From the NCBI GenBank assembly GCA_030141605.1, contig JAQGDQ010001444.1:1-40671 (forward strand): 40,671 nt of DNA. The letters run 5' to 3'. Position numbers and translations under genes: made by a program. The notes beneath the pieces are model-generated. The model made no database searches and was not told where the DNA came from. It saw only the letters and a list, made by a program, of their open reading frames with translations. How positions within the stretch are numbered: the stretch's first letter is position 1; every line of letters begins with the position of its first letter. The stretch comes from Tubiluchus corallicola (taxonomy: Eukaryota; Animalia; Priapulida). Positions 11,487 to 23,314 of this stretch are shown here, piece by piece.

Positions 11487-11567
11487 CTGTAACAAAAATT
11501 AAGTGTTAGTTAACAAGCGAAACCAGTTTTTTTGCACACGTCACGTATATACATATAATTTTCTTAC
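11487..11567 (-). other. putative 81-nt spliceosomal intron upstream of the N-like ORF
   Basis: AAG|GTAAGA donor, AACTAAC branch-point-like motif, TTTTTGTTACAG acceptor. Confidence 0.6.
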
Positions 11568-14429
11568 CTTGTCCTGTTATTTAATACATAGATCGCAGAA
11601 TGTTAATCAACTAGTGGGGTCCACCTCGCAATGGCCATTCAGGCAGTCTGTTTTGGTTGTAAATCTGAAACTTGCGCAAGTTGTGCTTCAGATTTAACTC
11701 GTCGGAAAAGATGTTCTTACGCCTCCTCGAGTGAACCAGTAAACTCCCGTGGGGGAGGCCAACATAAGATGCCACCATGTTTTTGGTGGCCTGTTTGTAC
11801 GCCTCCAATGTGAGCTGACTATCTTCAGTGACAGTATCAGTTAATAGTTGGCACTAATTATGATGAAAATACCTGGATTTTATTTGGAAACGACGAGGTA
11901 GCGCGAGATTCTTCGGCGTCGACTTACGGTCTGTTTAAGGACGAAGAAAGTCGAACATCGATAACACTGAATTATCTTGTGCAGGTCAGCAACCACTGTC
12001 CTGAGTGTGGGAAGGTGATTCCCGACTGGAAGTCGACAAAATTGCATGTGAAAGAAAGCCACGAATTGGTCGTCGATAGGCTAAAGTTTCCATTGCCGGT
12101 ACCTGGAATCTCCCAAGTTCAGCGGTATTTATGTTAATGTACAGCAGAAGTATGTGTCCGTGAGCAGTGAAGAGAGTATAGAATGGTGAAGCATTGTGCT
12201 TGGGGTACATATGATGTGGATGTTCGGTACAACAAAAAACACTTAGACAAGTGTCACCAATTGATAGAAGCATGCAGGAGGGCACGTGAACCAATTCAAA
12301 ATTAATAAAAATCCCGCTGTCTGTTTAGAGATTCCTAACATTTTATTCATACTGCTGGCTACATGTAGAAATGTGACATGCTATATAAAGACTTAACACA
12401 CTGGAACAAGATACTCGTTACTGTACATCTTGACTGTAATTATTAATAGTCACTAAGTTTAGTTTTCTTCTAACTTACTGCTTTTTTTTATTTAATTCAT
12501 TCAATTTTCATGTTTATTGCAGGAATTTAAATCACTATATGCAGCTACCAAAAATAACTTGTATTAGATAGTAGTAAATAATTCTACTTAAACAATCTAC
12601 TTTATTCAAACATATTTGAAATGCTACTGATATCTCACAAAATTACTTATTGCAGGAAATAAAAGACACGTTATTTACTGGTCGTTTACTAGCTGATATT
12701 TTAAACATACTTTTTCTACTGGCAATAAATTAAACTGCTACATGCTACTACCAAACCAAACAAATACCAGTACTGTATCATATATGTGATAATAATAAAA
12801 CGGTAGTGATAAATGAGCTACGTAAACGATTTAGACAATGGAAACAAATCTCAAATGGTTGCTAATATTTCAAAAAAATAAATTACTAAAGCAAAGAATT
12901 AGTGGTTATAATAGACAACCATTATTTACTTGTCATTTTTCTGCTATTTTTCAAATTTTGCTCTTTTCTACTGGTTTTTAAACAAAAGACCTTGGCAGAT
13001 GACAACACAGTCAAATAGTGAATGTAGAAGTTTGAAGATTAGCAACTTGAAATAAATTTTGTGACATGAAACTTTTGACTTAAAACTGTTGTAAGTCCTG
13101 ACCAGTAAAGGCCATTTATTCCCTAGCCTCTATTCAATGATTTTCAGTCTCAGTCATTATTATCACTCTGTTCTGTGTGCTCAGTTCCTGGTTGTGTATA
13201 AATTCCTATCACAATAGTTCCTAAAATGTGGTCCTGTGTTGGACCGTCCCACTGGAGTCGGTTCATGCAATATGAATGAAATATAGGCGTAGATCTTACG
13301 TAAAAAAACTTACCCGAGTGTAATCAATTTCTCAACAATATTTATAAAGTATTTAATTTATAATGCGCTAGTAATTTATCAGCGTAATTGCTTACATAAA
13401 GTAAAGTACCACAAAGTCGAAATTTTGAATATACACTTGTTTCACCATTTAACTTCCTCTATCTTTAACGCCCCCCTATGTGTGCAAAATCGAAACTGAA
13501 ACTTTTGTTGCTTCCAAGAAGGCGCTAGTAAAACAAAGTCGAAGCGTGTTGTTTACATATAATAGCTGTAAACTAATCTTTCATTAGTGAATGAGTCACT
13601 GGTAACTTTTTCGTAAAAATATGCTTTGGTAATGGTAGTAAAAGTCATGAATGCTTTAAATATTTTATTTTGAAATGTTTTATAAGTAAAAACTGCGATG
13701 TAGTTTAGTCCTAGTTGCAGGTGCTAATTTAATTAAAGGGGGAAAAAGGGCAGTTTTAAAGTATATCCCAAAAACTTTAAATGCAAAGTTATATTTCTTA
13801 GCATTGCATATTGTGTTGACTTAATAAGTGAAAAAAAGTAAATTCCTAAAATATTTGCACCACGTGGCAGCACTACATCGCTATGCTTTAAAGTTATAAT
13901 ATTGGTTTACGGATCTCTCGACTTATCTCAAGTGTCGAAGTGTTAAACTTCGAGACTCAACTGTAACAATACCATAGATATGGTTTGTGTAGATCAAAGA
14001 TCTTGGTGATTGCTTAGGAGTGTTCTGCATTCTAGACTGTCATGTTGCTCTGATCTTCTTTGTTTAAGTTCATAATTAGTTTAATAAATACTACTTTATT
14101 ATGCACGCATTTGTCTGGTTGCTAATATTATTGTAGCGTGTAACATCAACTACTAGGGTCTGGGGGAGTGGTGTAAGCTCCTGCAGCAAGGCCGAAATTC
14201 TAGAAAGTAGATTAATTATTTCACAAATTGTTTCATTCTGTTTTATTGCATAGTAATGCATACACCCACTAAATTTATGGGAAATTATGAAAATATTTAT
14301 AACCTATTCGAGATTTCAGCAATAAGAGCCCACGGTAATAATGATAATTATCATGCACAGACTATTTTATAAAAAAATTATAGTGACTATAGTGGTTTTG
14401 CAAGTTTTGCGGAAAATGCTGAAAATATT

Positions 14430-15150
14430 TAACCTATTTTATACTTGCAATTTACGTCTATAGACTCTGTACATCTTTGGTTTGCTGAACGTATGTTTAT
14501 AATCTGAGCTGCTAGTAAGATTAAGGCAGGTAGACAAAAATTCAAAGCTTCAATAACTAACCTGAGAAAAACATTAAAATTCCCAATCATTGAAGCACAC
14601 AAAGAATATTTTATTCTGCTTTTTATATTTAAATACATTAACAACATCAGCAAACCATTCCAGAATAACAGATTTACCTTTTTTCCAAATCCCATCGTTA
14701 ATTCCAGAACAAGCAATCTAAAACAAATTAAGACAAATACCCACTATGGAACGAATTCTGTAATCAATCAAGCAATTCTACTTTGGAATTCTCTACCATT
14801 ACAGGTTAAACAAATAAAGTCGAAATCAGCATTTAAAACAAAATTAAAATCACTAATATTAACCAGATATGAAATACCATCACACCAGTACGACAACATA
14901 CACACTAATTCAGAATTCATATATCCACGGCCATATTAATTAAATCATAAGTTTTTCATTTTTTGTGCATAGTTGTAAATATGTTTGATTTTATTCGTCG
15001 TTACTTTCCATTACTGCACAGTAGTTTAGATTGCGCTGACGCATTTGCCTTCAACAGTGTAAGTTTTTATTAACTAACACTGATTTATCATCTCTGTAAA
15101 GTTTTTATCAGTGATTATCAATGTATTTTAATGGCAAATAAACATTATTA
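14430..15150 (+). mobile_element. CR1/L2-group LINE 3' fragment
   Basis: Frame ending at 14939 reads ..NTHYGTNSVINQAILLWNSLPLQVKQIKSKSAFKTKLK..YPRPY*, the typical LWNSLP/FKxKLK C-terminus; AATAAA and TTA tail near 15140. Confidence 0.8.
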
Positions 15151-16438
15151 TATATTATATACACATAAATCAAATGAATTTGAAAACAGTCGAGTCGAAA
15201 CTCGAAATCGATAAATTAAAGTTAAAGAAACGCAAGTTTTATTTAGTTGAGAAAAATATCACAACCATTTTAGTGAAAGCAACGAAGTACTGAACCGAAC
15301 AGAATTAAGAAGGCATTAGTAAAAAATTCGCTTCTCTTATGTAAGTGAATTCCTGAAACAGGGGCGCAGCGTGTCAAATTCTTCACGCCACCTATATACA
15401 AAAATGGCCAGAAACAACCTTGTGTTTTTACATCTTATGCTTGTATAATTTTTATATACAATTGTTTCCGAAAAATAGCATTATAATATTACGAACACAG
15501 TTACGTAGATTCAGCTATATATAACTAGGAAACTGACTGCAAATTAACATAATTTATTAAGGCCAGATATTTTAACAATATAAACATATTTTATTCTATT
15601 AAGACCAGACGGAATTTCCTTGAAGTTTTTCTCTAATTGGCAGCCGTAGATTTAGTATTGTAAAATAGAATCATACGTCTAAATCTAGAAAACGTCTTAC
15701 TTGTGACATACAATACTGACCCTGAACACTTGCCTTTACTTCTTGCACTAAACAGACTCGACGTGTAGAATTTGACTCACATCAGGAACGATGATTCCTC
15801 GTGATGTTGCTTCAACGGTCTGAGCAGTTTTGCATAACAAGACGACTTTTTGGAGTCGGAATCGTTACGCGTGCCTAGCAACTGTCACCGCTATAATTCA
15901 ATCTGCTGTACGATGCTTATCATTAATTAATGGCTTCTCTGTTCTAGACTACTGAGCCTAACTTATTCATTAGTAAAGTCTGTAAATGGTAAACACTAAA
16001 AAGTAAAGGTAGCGTACGTATTTTCCATAATTCACTTATAGAAGCATCATATTTTATCTTTTGTTTGTTTAAGACATGTAGATGCCACGAACACATTGTT
16101 CTTTCGCTCATTGTTCTTTCGTTCCATTTTAAATTATTTTTGATTGATAAATTTCCACGAAATGTTAACTACGACGTCTGTAATTATACACGGTAGAAAT
16201 TTGATCTGACTGGTCTAACCTATCTATACCAGGGCGACTTGTTAGTGTTGGTAAAATATTGAACAAATGCACCTAAGCCTATTGCTGTCGATTAATCATA
16301 TGCTAATTAATCATTTATCATCATTTCATCATTTGCCATTAGTACCAAGCATGCTTTCGCCTTTACATAGTGAGTCAGTTGACAATTTTGACTGAAACAC
16401 AACACGCTGCTTAAATACGTACCAAAAGTTTTATACGA

Positions 16439-16957
16439 GGAATACTTAGTACTTTCACGAACCGTAATCCTAAGCACGTGGAATACTTGGTACTTTCACG
16501 AACCGTAATCCTAAGCACGTGGAATACTTGGTACTTTCACGAACCGTAATCCTAAGCACGTGGAATACTTGGTACTTTCATGAAACGTAATCCTAAGCAC
16601 GTGGAATACTTAGTACTTTCACGAACCGTAATCCCAAGTACGTGGAATACTTGGTACTTTCACGAACCGTAATCCTAAGCACGTGGAATACTTGGTACTT
16701 TCACGAACCGTAATCCTAAGCACGTGGAATACTTGGTACTTTCACGAACCGTAATCCTAAGCACGTGGAATACTTGGTACTTTCACGAACCGTAATCCTA
16801 AGCACGTGGAATACTTGGTACTTTCATGAAACGTAATCCTAAGCACGTGGAATACTTAGTACTTTCACGAACCGTAATCCCAAGTACGTGGAATACTTGG
16901 TACTTTCACGAACCGTAATCCTAGGTACGTGGAATACTTGATACTTTCACGAAACGT
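16439..16957. repeat. 41-bp minisatellite, about 12.6 copies
   Basis: Unit GGAATACTTGGTACTTTCACGAACCGTAATCCTAAGCACGT at exact 41-bp steps. Confidence 0.97.
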
Positions 16958-16989
16958 CGATCAAGTGCTTATGAATGGTACAGACTTTT

Positions 16990-17570
16990 TATTGTATTTA
17001 CATACTCAACTCTCTGACTTCTAACAATTTTTCTTTTTCTCTGCTGAGTATTACATTTGAGTTCATTTTTTTCCATTCTCCATATCAGCTGCATTTAAAC
17101 AAATGTTCAGTAGTGTCTTCTTTCTTACAAGATGAGCATAGTAATTGATCCTTGAACTAATTCCTCTAACTTTTATCATATTAACCCTATTTTTTCAGAA
17201 CATCTTTGACCACCTTCTGGCTTGCATGTGTCTATATAACTTTGTAGTGTCTGCTCAGTATGTTTTAACAATCTTAATAAGCACTTTTCCTGCATTTTTC
17301 TGCACAATCGCTTTTTATGAAACATTCAATCATACTCTTTATTTCTTTTTTCATGATCTTCACCTTTTCCTTACCGGCGTCTAGTTTATATTTTCTTACG
17401 GCCTCAATTACTTCATTGTAGCACGACCATTCATATGCATTGTATGGGGGTGGGTGGGGGGGGGGGTGATTGTACGTGCTGTATATAGAAGTGTGTCTTA
17501 CTAATTTTTTTTGCATAATACTGTCTTTACGTTTTTAACTCCTGTTTTGTATATGGAAGAACTTCTGTAA
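16990..17570 (-). mobile_element. degenerate non-LTR retrotransposon C-terminal fragment
   Basis: Minus frame near 17090-17150 reads LLCSSCKKEDTTEHLFKC (CCHC knuckle); many stops; boundaries approximate. Confidence 0.55.
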
Positions 17571-17738
17571 TAAAGGTAATATGTTCAATTCAACTCAACT
17601 AAACTAAACTCAACTCAACTCAACTCAACTCATGACTGTTCAATTCAAATTCAAATCGCGTTGAATTGGTGGGTAGCAAGTCTGGTAGCAAGTCTGGCCC
17701 GTGTTTATAACTGCTACAAGTCATACACTGTATGTTCC

Positions 17739-18077
17739 TGTTGTGTTTTTTGTTTCTCTCGGAAGGCTCGGAGAGAAAACCAGAAAACACGTCGTCAAAT
17801 TAAACTAGTTTATTATGCGAGGATTCTACAACACAAAAGTATGAAGGAACGTGAAATGTTTACAGTAAACGTGATTATCTGGAAACGTGAAAGCGAGAAA
17901 GCGTATCTGAGAATATAAGGATACGAGAGAATGTGAGAGAATAATCTTCAGCGGCCAGCTCCGCCTTATATATCAGTGCAGAAAGTTCTCGAAACTTCTA
18001 CAAGGTAAGAAGATTGTTCTACTATACTATAGAACATTCTACAATATTCTATTTAATTCTAGTGGATCTCCACAACA
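17739..18077 (-). mobile_element. solo LTR, copy 1
   Basis: TGTTGTG...CACAACA termini; 5-bp TSD GTTCC/GTTGC; minus-strand TATATAAG and AATAAA; homologous to 24573-24931 and 34577-34941. Confidence 0.85.
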
Positions 18078-18253
18078 GTTGCTGTTCATCGCAGGTAGCA
18101 AAACCATTGAACAAAACTAAAATGAGCAAAGAAAAACAGTAACAGTTTAAGCCAAAATTTTATTATTAATTTATAACAGTTTTACAAATTTTGCCTAGTT
18201 TTTACAATTGTGTTATTAACATCTATTCTCACGCGAAAAAAACGTTTATTGTC

Positions 18254-18323
18254 GTCGATCACGTGTCGATCACGTGTGATCACGTGTCGATCACGTGTCA
18301 AACACGTGTCGATCACGTGTGAT
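18254..18323. repeat. 10-11-bp tandem repeat containing six CACGTG palindromes
   Basis: CACGTG at 18260, 18271, 18281, 18292, 18303, 18314. Confidence 0.9.
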
Positions 18324-18998
18324 TCAATCACCATAATTTCAGTTGTTTAGTCGACTGATATTTGCTGAATAAGTGTGAAAGAAATCGCAAAACTGCAGTT
18401 GCACAGAACACAATCGCAAACATTTTTGTATTATTATTTAATGCTATCTAACATCTGTAAAAATTACATGATTCGCGTGTGTTGTTAATATTGGTAGATC
18501 TTATCTTAGTACTATTATTGTAAGTTAGAAAAATTTCAACAATTCATACCTGCCAACTATAATTTTCTAATTAATAAGCCTTTTCACAAATTCGTTGTGC
18601 GCACGCGCAGTTGCTGTAGGTCAAAGACTAAGTGTATCACAGCAAAGTACAACCTTCACGTGACAGGTAGGTAAAGCAAAGCTGTATAGCGAATCAGTTC
18701 AGTAATTTCAATTGTTTTACGTGGCCTTTCCGAAGAGGAAAAATGAAATGCAACGAATGCAAAGAGGCAAAAATAAATAATAAAAAAGAGTGAAAACTGT
18801 GTACGAAAGTGAGAGCAAAACGGAAACAGCTAGGTTTCCCCGGGGGCTACTAGAACCAGGAAATCAAACGTAAGCATTGCACAAAGCTAAGGCTGGAAAG
18901 AGGCATGTGCTTAAGTGGGGACATATTTAATGATTGGTACAAAATGTATTCATCAATTCTCATCATAAAGGGACAAAAGGAAAATTACTGAAGGCAAA

Positions 18999-19023
18999 GA
19001 ATCAATCAATGAATCAATCAATG

Positions 19024-19057
<34 letters not shown>
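18999..19057. repeat. (CAAT)n microsatellite, probably the (ATTG)n tail of a minus-strand retroelement
   Basis: Tetranucleotide run immediately downstream of a minus-strand AAATAAA. Confidence 0.75.
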
Positions 19058-19058
<1 letters not shown>

Positions 19059-19579
19059 TTATTTCACTCCAGCAACACATATACAATACATCAACATACA
19101 ATATTATTGAAACAAAAAGAAACAGTATAGGTAAAAAAAACGTTGATGAAGTCAAATTAACCAAATAAAAGAGTTGCTGTATGCCAAGAAGCAAGTATAA
19201 TGGCAACATTCTACTGTGAGCAGACGGGAGGGGGGGGGGGCACAATAAAAGAAGTTTTGGCATTCGGGTCAGTTTTCTTGCATTCTGTAGATCCGTTCTC
19301 CCTCATCTGATTATTGTGGTGCTCGTTTGTTCTTGTTACAGAACAAGTAGTGCTGCACATTTCTTATGCACGAGGTTTAGGATGCTTATTAAATGTACGA
19401 ATAATTCAACAATCACGCGTCGTATCCAAGTATACAACTCTAGAAACAGAGCTAACGGCTAAGCAACAGCAGGTGACGTCATAACCCGGTAACACATTTA
19501 ATATTCACACATTCCCGTGGCCTTATTTCCTTTACTGAATTGATTTTTCTCGATATTGCCATGAATAATGTAAATATGT

Positions 19580-20010
19580 CAAACTTTACGAATACGTATC
19601 CTTAGTTTTTTCTACACAGTTTAGCTGTTTTACAAGCTTTGATTCCACAATCAGTGACTGTTTTAATGCTAGATATATCAACAATATTAATTTTCGTTTC
19701 AAAAACAATAAGCTCCCACTTCTTAATAACCCCAGTATGAATAACAGAACACTAAATTTAAGAAACATTAGAACGAACAACCAATATGGAAAGAATTCCA
19801 TTACTAAGCAAGCAATACAACTTTGGAATTCATTACTGACATCACTAAAACACAGCAGCTCTTTATCAATATTCAAGTCTAAATTAAAAAAACATTTAAT
19901 GACTCGTTTTGAATATACGACATACGAACACAATGATACTTACTCAAATCATAATTTAATTTTTCCTAGACCTTACTAAACTAGTATATTTTGTTTTTGT
20001 TATTTTGTAC
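19580..20010 (+). mobile_element. CR1/L2-group LINE 3' fragment, diverged relative of 14430-15150
   Basis: RTNNQYGKNSITKQAIQLWNSLLTSLKHSSSLSIFKSKLKK..FPRPY* aligns by eye with the other copy. Confidence 0.8.
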
Positions 20011-21029
20011 AGCTCAGACTACTCAACAGATAAAAAATACGACGTGTAATATTATATTGGACTGACTGAATTGTTGTGTTTAAAATACAGCAATTTTCTG
20101 TTAAAAACACAAGAAACAGATTTTTGCAGATACTGATGCTTAGTGCTGATTAGTGAGAGTGTTAAGCAATGCCACCACAGTTACACAGAACAATATTGAT
20201 CCTTGTTGAATATTGAACAATATTGTTGAATAAACTTTGTGTTACATCTAACAAATGAACAGGATTAGAGCATCAACCTTATTAGAGATTATGATCAGTT
20301 CATAATAAAGACATGTGACTTCATACCAAGTCATTCTAGAAACAGTGTACAAGAAATATTAGTTAATGATGTTACTTTTTAGTCGAGACTTAATAGTCTA
20401 GACGCAAAGCTCCACTTTTCTGGATGTTATTGTTCTTGATGTTGTTGGGAAATGACCTTTTGAAAAAAGTCCAATGTTCTGCCAGTTTGCAATGGATTGT
20501 CATGAAGCTTCACACAGATATACTGGAATGAATTCTGCGTCCACTGAAAAAGTCGGATTTCTGATTTACCATTTTGAAATCAAGATGATGGCAATAACGT
20601 CTTTTTTTCAGAAAAGCTTAAGGCTCTGTCTGTTTGCAATAGATCATCAGAAAACTGTACAGGAATATGCTTGAACGAAGGATTGAAGGAATCGGATTTT
20701 TCATCTACCATTTTGAGTTCAAGGTGACAACGATGACATTATTTTCGAAAACAGCCCAAGCCGCTGCCAATTTGCAACAGATTATGGAACTTTATAGGAA
20801 TTTATGTTAGGATGAATTGTGCACCTACTTACCTAATCTGAATTTCAGTCAGCCATTTTGAAGTCAACATCATGAAACTTTAAAGGAATATACTAAAGTG
20901 AATTCTGCATCTACTGATTTCGATCTGGCATTTTGAATCCAAGATGGTGGTAAACTTCATTTTATCAAGGCTCTGCCAACGCATAGTGGATTGTCACTAA
21001 ACTTTATAAGAATATACTAGAACAACTAA

Positions 21030-21189
21030 TGGCACGTTCAGACATAGAGACTGCTCTCTAAACCAAGCCGTTCACACGTTATAACACGTTGTGAGAGAAG
21101 TTGCCAAATCGTCCACAAGTTGCAACTTTACTCTCAGTGAGAAGTTGCGTAACGAGCTACGAGAGAAGTCTTTACGTCTGAACGTGCCA
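21030..21189. mobile_element. PIF/Harbinger-like MITE (160 bp)
   Basis: TIRs TGGCACGTTCAGAC / GTCTGAACGTGCCA extending imperfectly to about 29 bp; flanks TAA and TGA. Confidence 0.7.
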
Positions 21190-21660
21190 TGATATACTAC
21201 TTATGTCTTATAAGTTTCATAGATGCGCTCAAAATTTGATTTAAACTGATTTGGGGGAGGGGTACTTTTTGGGGCAAACTGTACAAACTGCTTTAATTTG
21301 AAAACTTGAGAGTGACCAATAAATAATCGCCAATAGAGACTGTCAATGAATTGCATCACTCAGATCTTTTGTACACAAGATGTAATAGAAACTTCCGTCA
21401 CTTCTCGCAGTGTAATTCAGAAAACAGTGACTTCCACTTCCATTTTTTCCTTATACATATATTAGTTATTGGGATTGTCAAATAAGTGTATTTCTGACTT
21501 TAATTTGTATAGTAATTTAAAGTAGTGTATGTTTATGTATAATTTGTGTAATAATTTATTTTAACTATAACCAGTTTTAAACAACTTCATATGGATCTGA
21601 TGTTTATTTATGCAGATTTTGTGTGTTTTTGTGTACAGTTTGTGTAATAATTTATTTTAA

Positions 21661-22096
21661 CCCTTTCATAACCGTTGTATCTCGTGGGATACGAGAATAT
21701 TTTCTGCCTTTAAAATTAATAAAATTTTAAAACTAACAGTTATTTGATCTGTTAATAGTTATTTTGATTTAAGCCAATAACAATAGACAAAAATGGTGAT
21801 AAAATGGCAAACTAGAAAATCTGCATAGCATAAAAACTGCGCAAGGTACAGTACTTTAGAGATGACTTTGTACAGATCAGCATAGCATGCATACTAAATG
21901 TCTTAAGTACTTTTAAAAATTATCAGCAGTCGCAAAATGAAGCACATTTTTTGCTTTTGTTGTGTTTTTAAAAAAATCGGACTTTGTTTTTTTGCATATG
22001 ACAAAGAATGTTGTGTATCCCACAGGACACATTGGGAACAAAAGTACCAAGCCAAAAAATGTTTTCTTATTCAAAAATAATTTGGGACTGAAAGTG
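21661..22096. mobile_element. piggyBac-like MITE, copy 1
   Basis: TTAA|CCCTTTCA...TGAAAGTG|TTAA; first ~295 bp nearly identical to 31739 onward. Confidence 0.85.
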
Positions 22097-23122
22097 TTAA
22101 CAAAACAACTTTATGATGTGGATCTGATATTTTTGATGCAGGTTTGGTATTGATGGGATTCAAACTGAGGTTTTATCTGAAAAGATATTATCACGTGAAA
22201 CCCGTGCAGTTTATTTATCCTGATGAATCTGTAAGTGAAGAAAGATTCAAAGATTGTTTAGTGTACTTCACTATCAGTTAAACATTAGACATTTATGTTT
22301 ATTTTTATTGGCATTCTTCTATATAAGCATTTAGAACGGGAAAACCCAGTTTCACTTTCCAGAACAAAATGACGTAATGAGAAACTGAGGAAACAAGACC
22401 TACTTACATACTTTTTGTGAAAACAGCATTTTTTAGCAATAGTTTTTGGATTAGCCCCCGACCCCAAGGTTGGAAACCCGTGGTTTAAGATATAGCAAAA
22501 GTTAAACGATTAATTATATTCGGAATGCCATTTCTAATTTAAACATTTTTGCTATATATATATATATATATATACATACATACAATATATATGTATAAAC
22601 AATCAGTTATGTGCTTATTATATATGTAGCTGAACTTAACTTACTATTAAAATACTTGTTTGATTTGTATTAGGCTGCTATTTTAAATGATAAGGACAGT
22701 GTCTTGTTTTAAAAAAAATTACATGCTTTTTGTTTTTATTGAAAACAACTACTGTGAATATATAATATCATAGTAGATATATTGTTGGATGATGTCCTCA
22801 AAATGAATCAAGATTTTTAGTCAAATTATTCTACTTCTGGATAACATGACAATGTCACAACTGTAATCTCATAGGCACTTCTGGCATGCAGTGTATGTTT
22901 TGCCAATTTGTTTGACAATATTTACAACTGAAAAAATGAAACATTGAAAATGAAAAATGAAAAAATGGAAATGAAAATGAAAAGTGAAACTCCTACACAT
23001 GAAACTATTTGATATTTTCATTATAACATTCTCTATAAGATTACCCTTTCTCTAGTGATACAGTAATACATTGATCTAGTTCTATAATCTTGTTATTGTT
23101 ATGACCACTTTTTTCCAGCTTT

Positions 23123-23314
23123 TTATATGGTTGTTGTCATCTGTTGCTTCTTGTTGAAGTGTTGAAGTTGGCCACTTTCCTTCCACAGCAGCCACTCATC
23201 CAGAGTTTCTGGAAGCACTTTGCCTTTGGTTTCGGGAAAAAACAAAATGATGATTGCGGCTCCTATTCCCATACTTCCAAACAGTGTTGGTTGTACCCAA
23301 GCGTGTTCTCTTTG
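23123..23314 (-). CDS. SLC22-like last coding exon
   Basis: TTGCAG acceptor; QREHAWVQPTLFG..FFPETKGKVLPET..TTTI*. Confidence 0.9.
   Translation of the reverse strand, partial: QREHAWVQPTLFGSMGIGAAIIILFFPETKGKVLPETLDEWLLWKESGQLQHFNKKQQMTTTI

Noticed and set aside
15690-15900. Further minus-strand leader exon or C/D snoRNA
   Set aside because: Splice-like sites exist but all frames are closed, the C-D spacing is too short, and nothing links it to the EVE
16439-16957. CRISPR array (also 30836-31461 and 25396-25710)
   Set aside because: Head-to-tail repeats without unique spacers, no cas genes, eukaryotic context
20440-21015. Degenerate ~130-bp repeats containing CCATTTTGAA..CAAGATG
   Set aside because: Probably an old transposon interior; unit and boundaries could not be defined
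22176-22250. Hammerhead ribozyme (CTGATGA...GAAA)
   Set aside because: Could not build convincing stems I-III around the core
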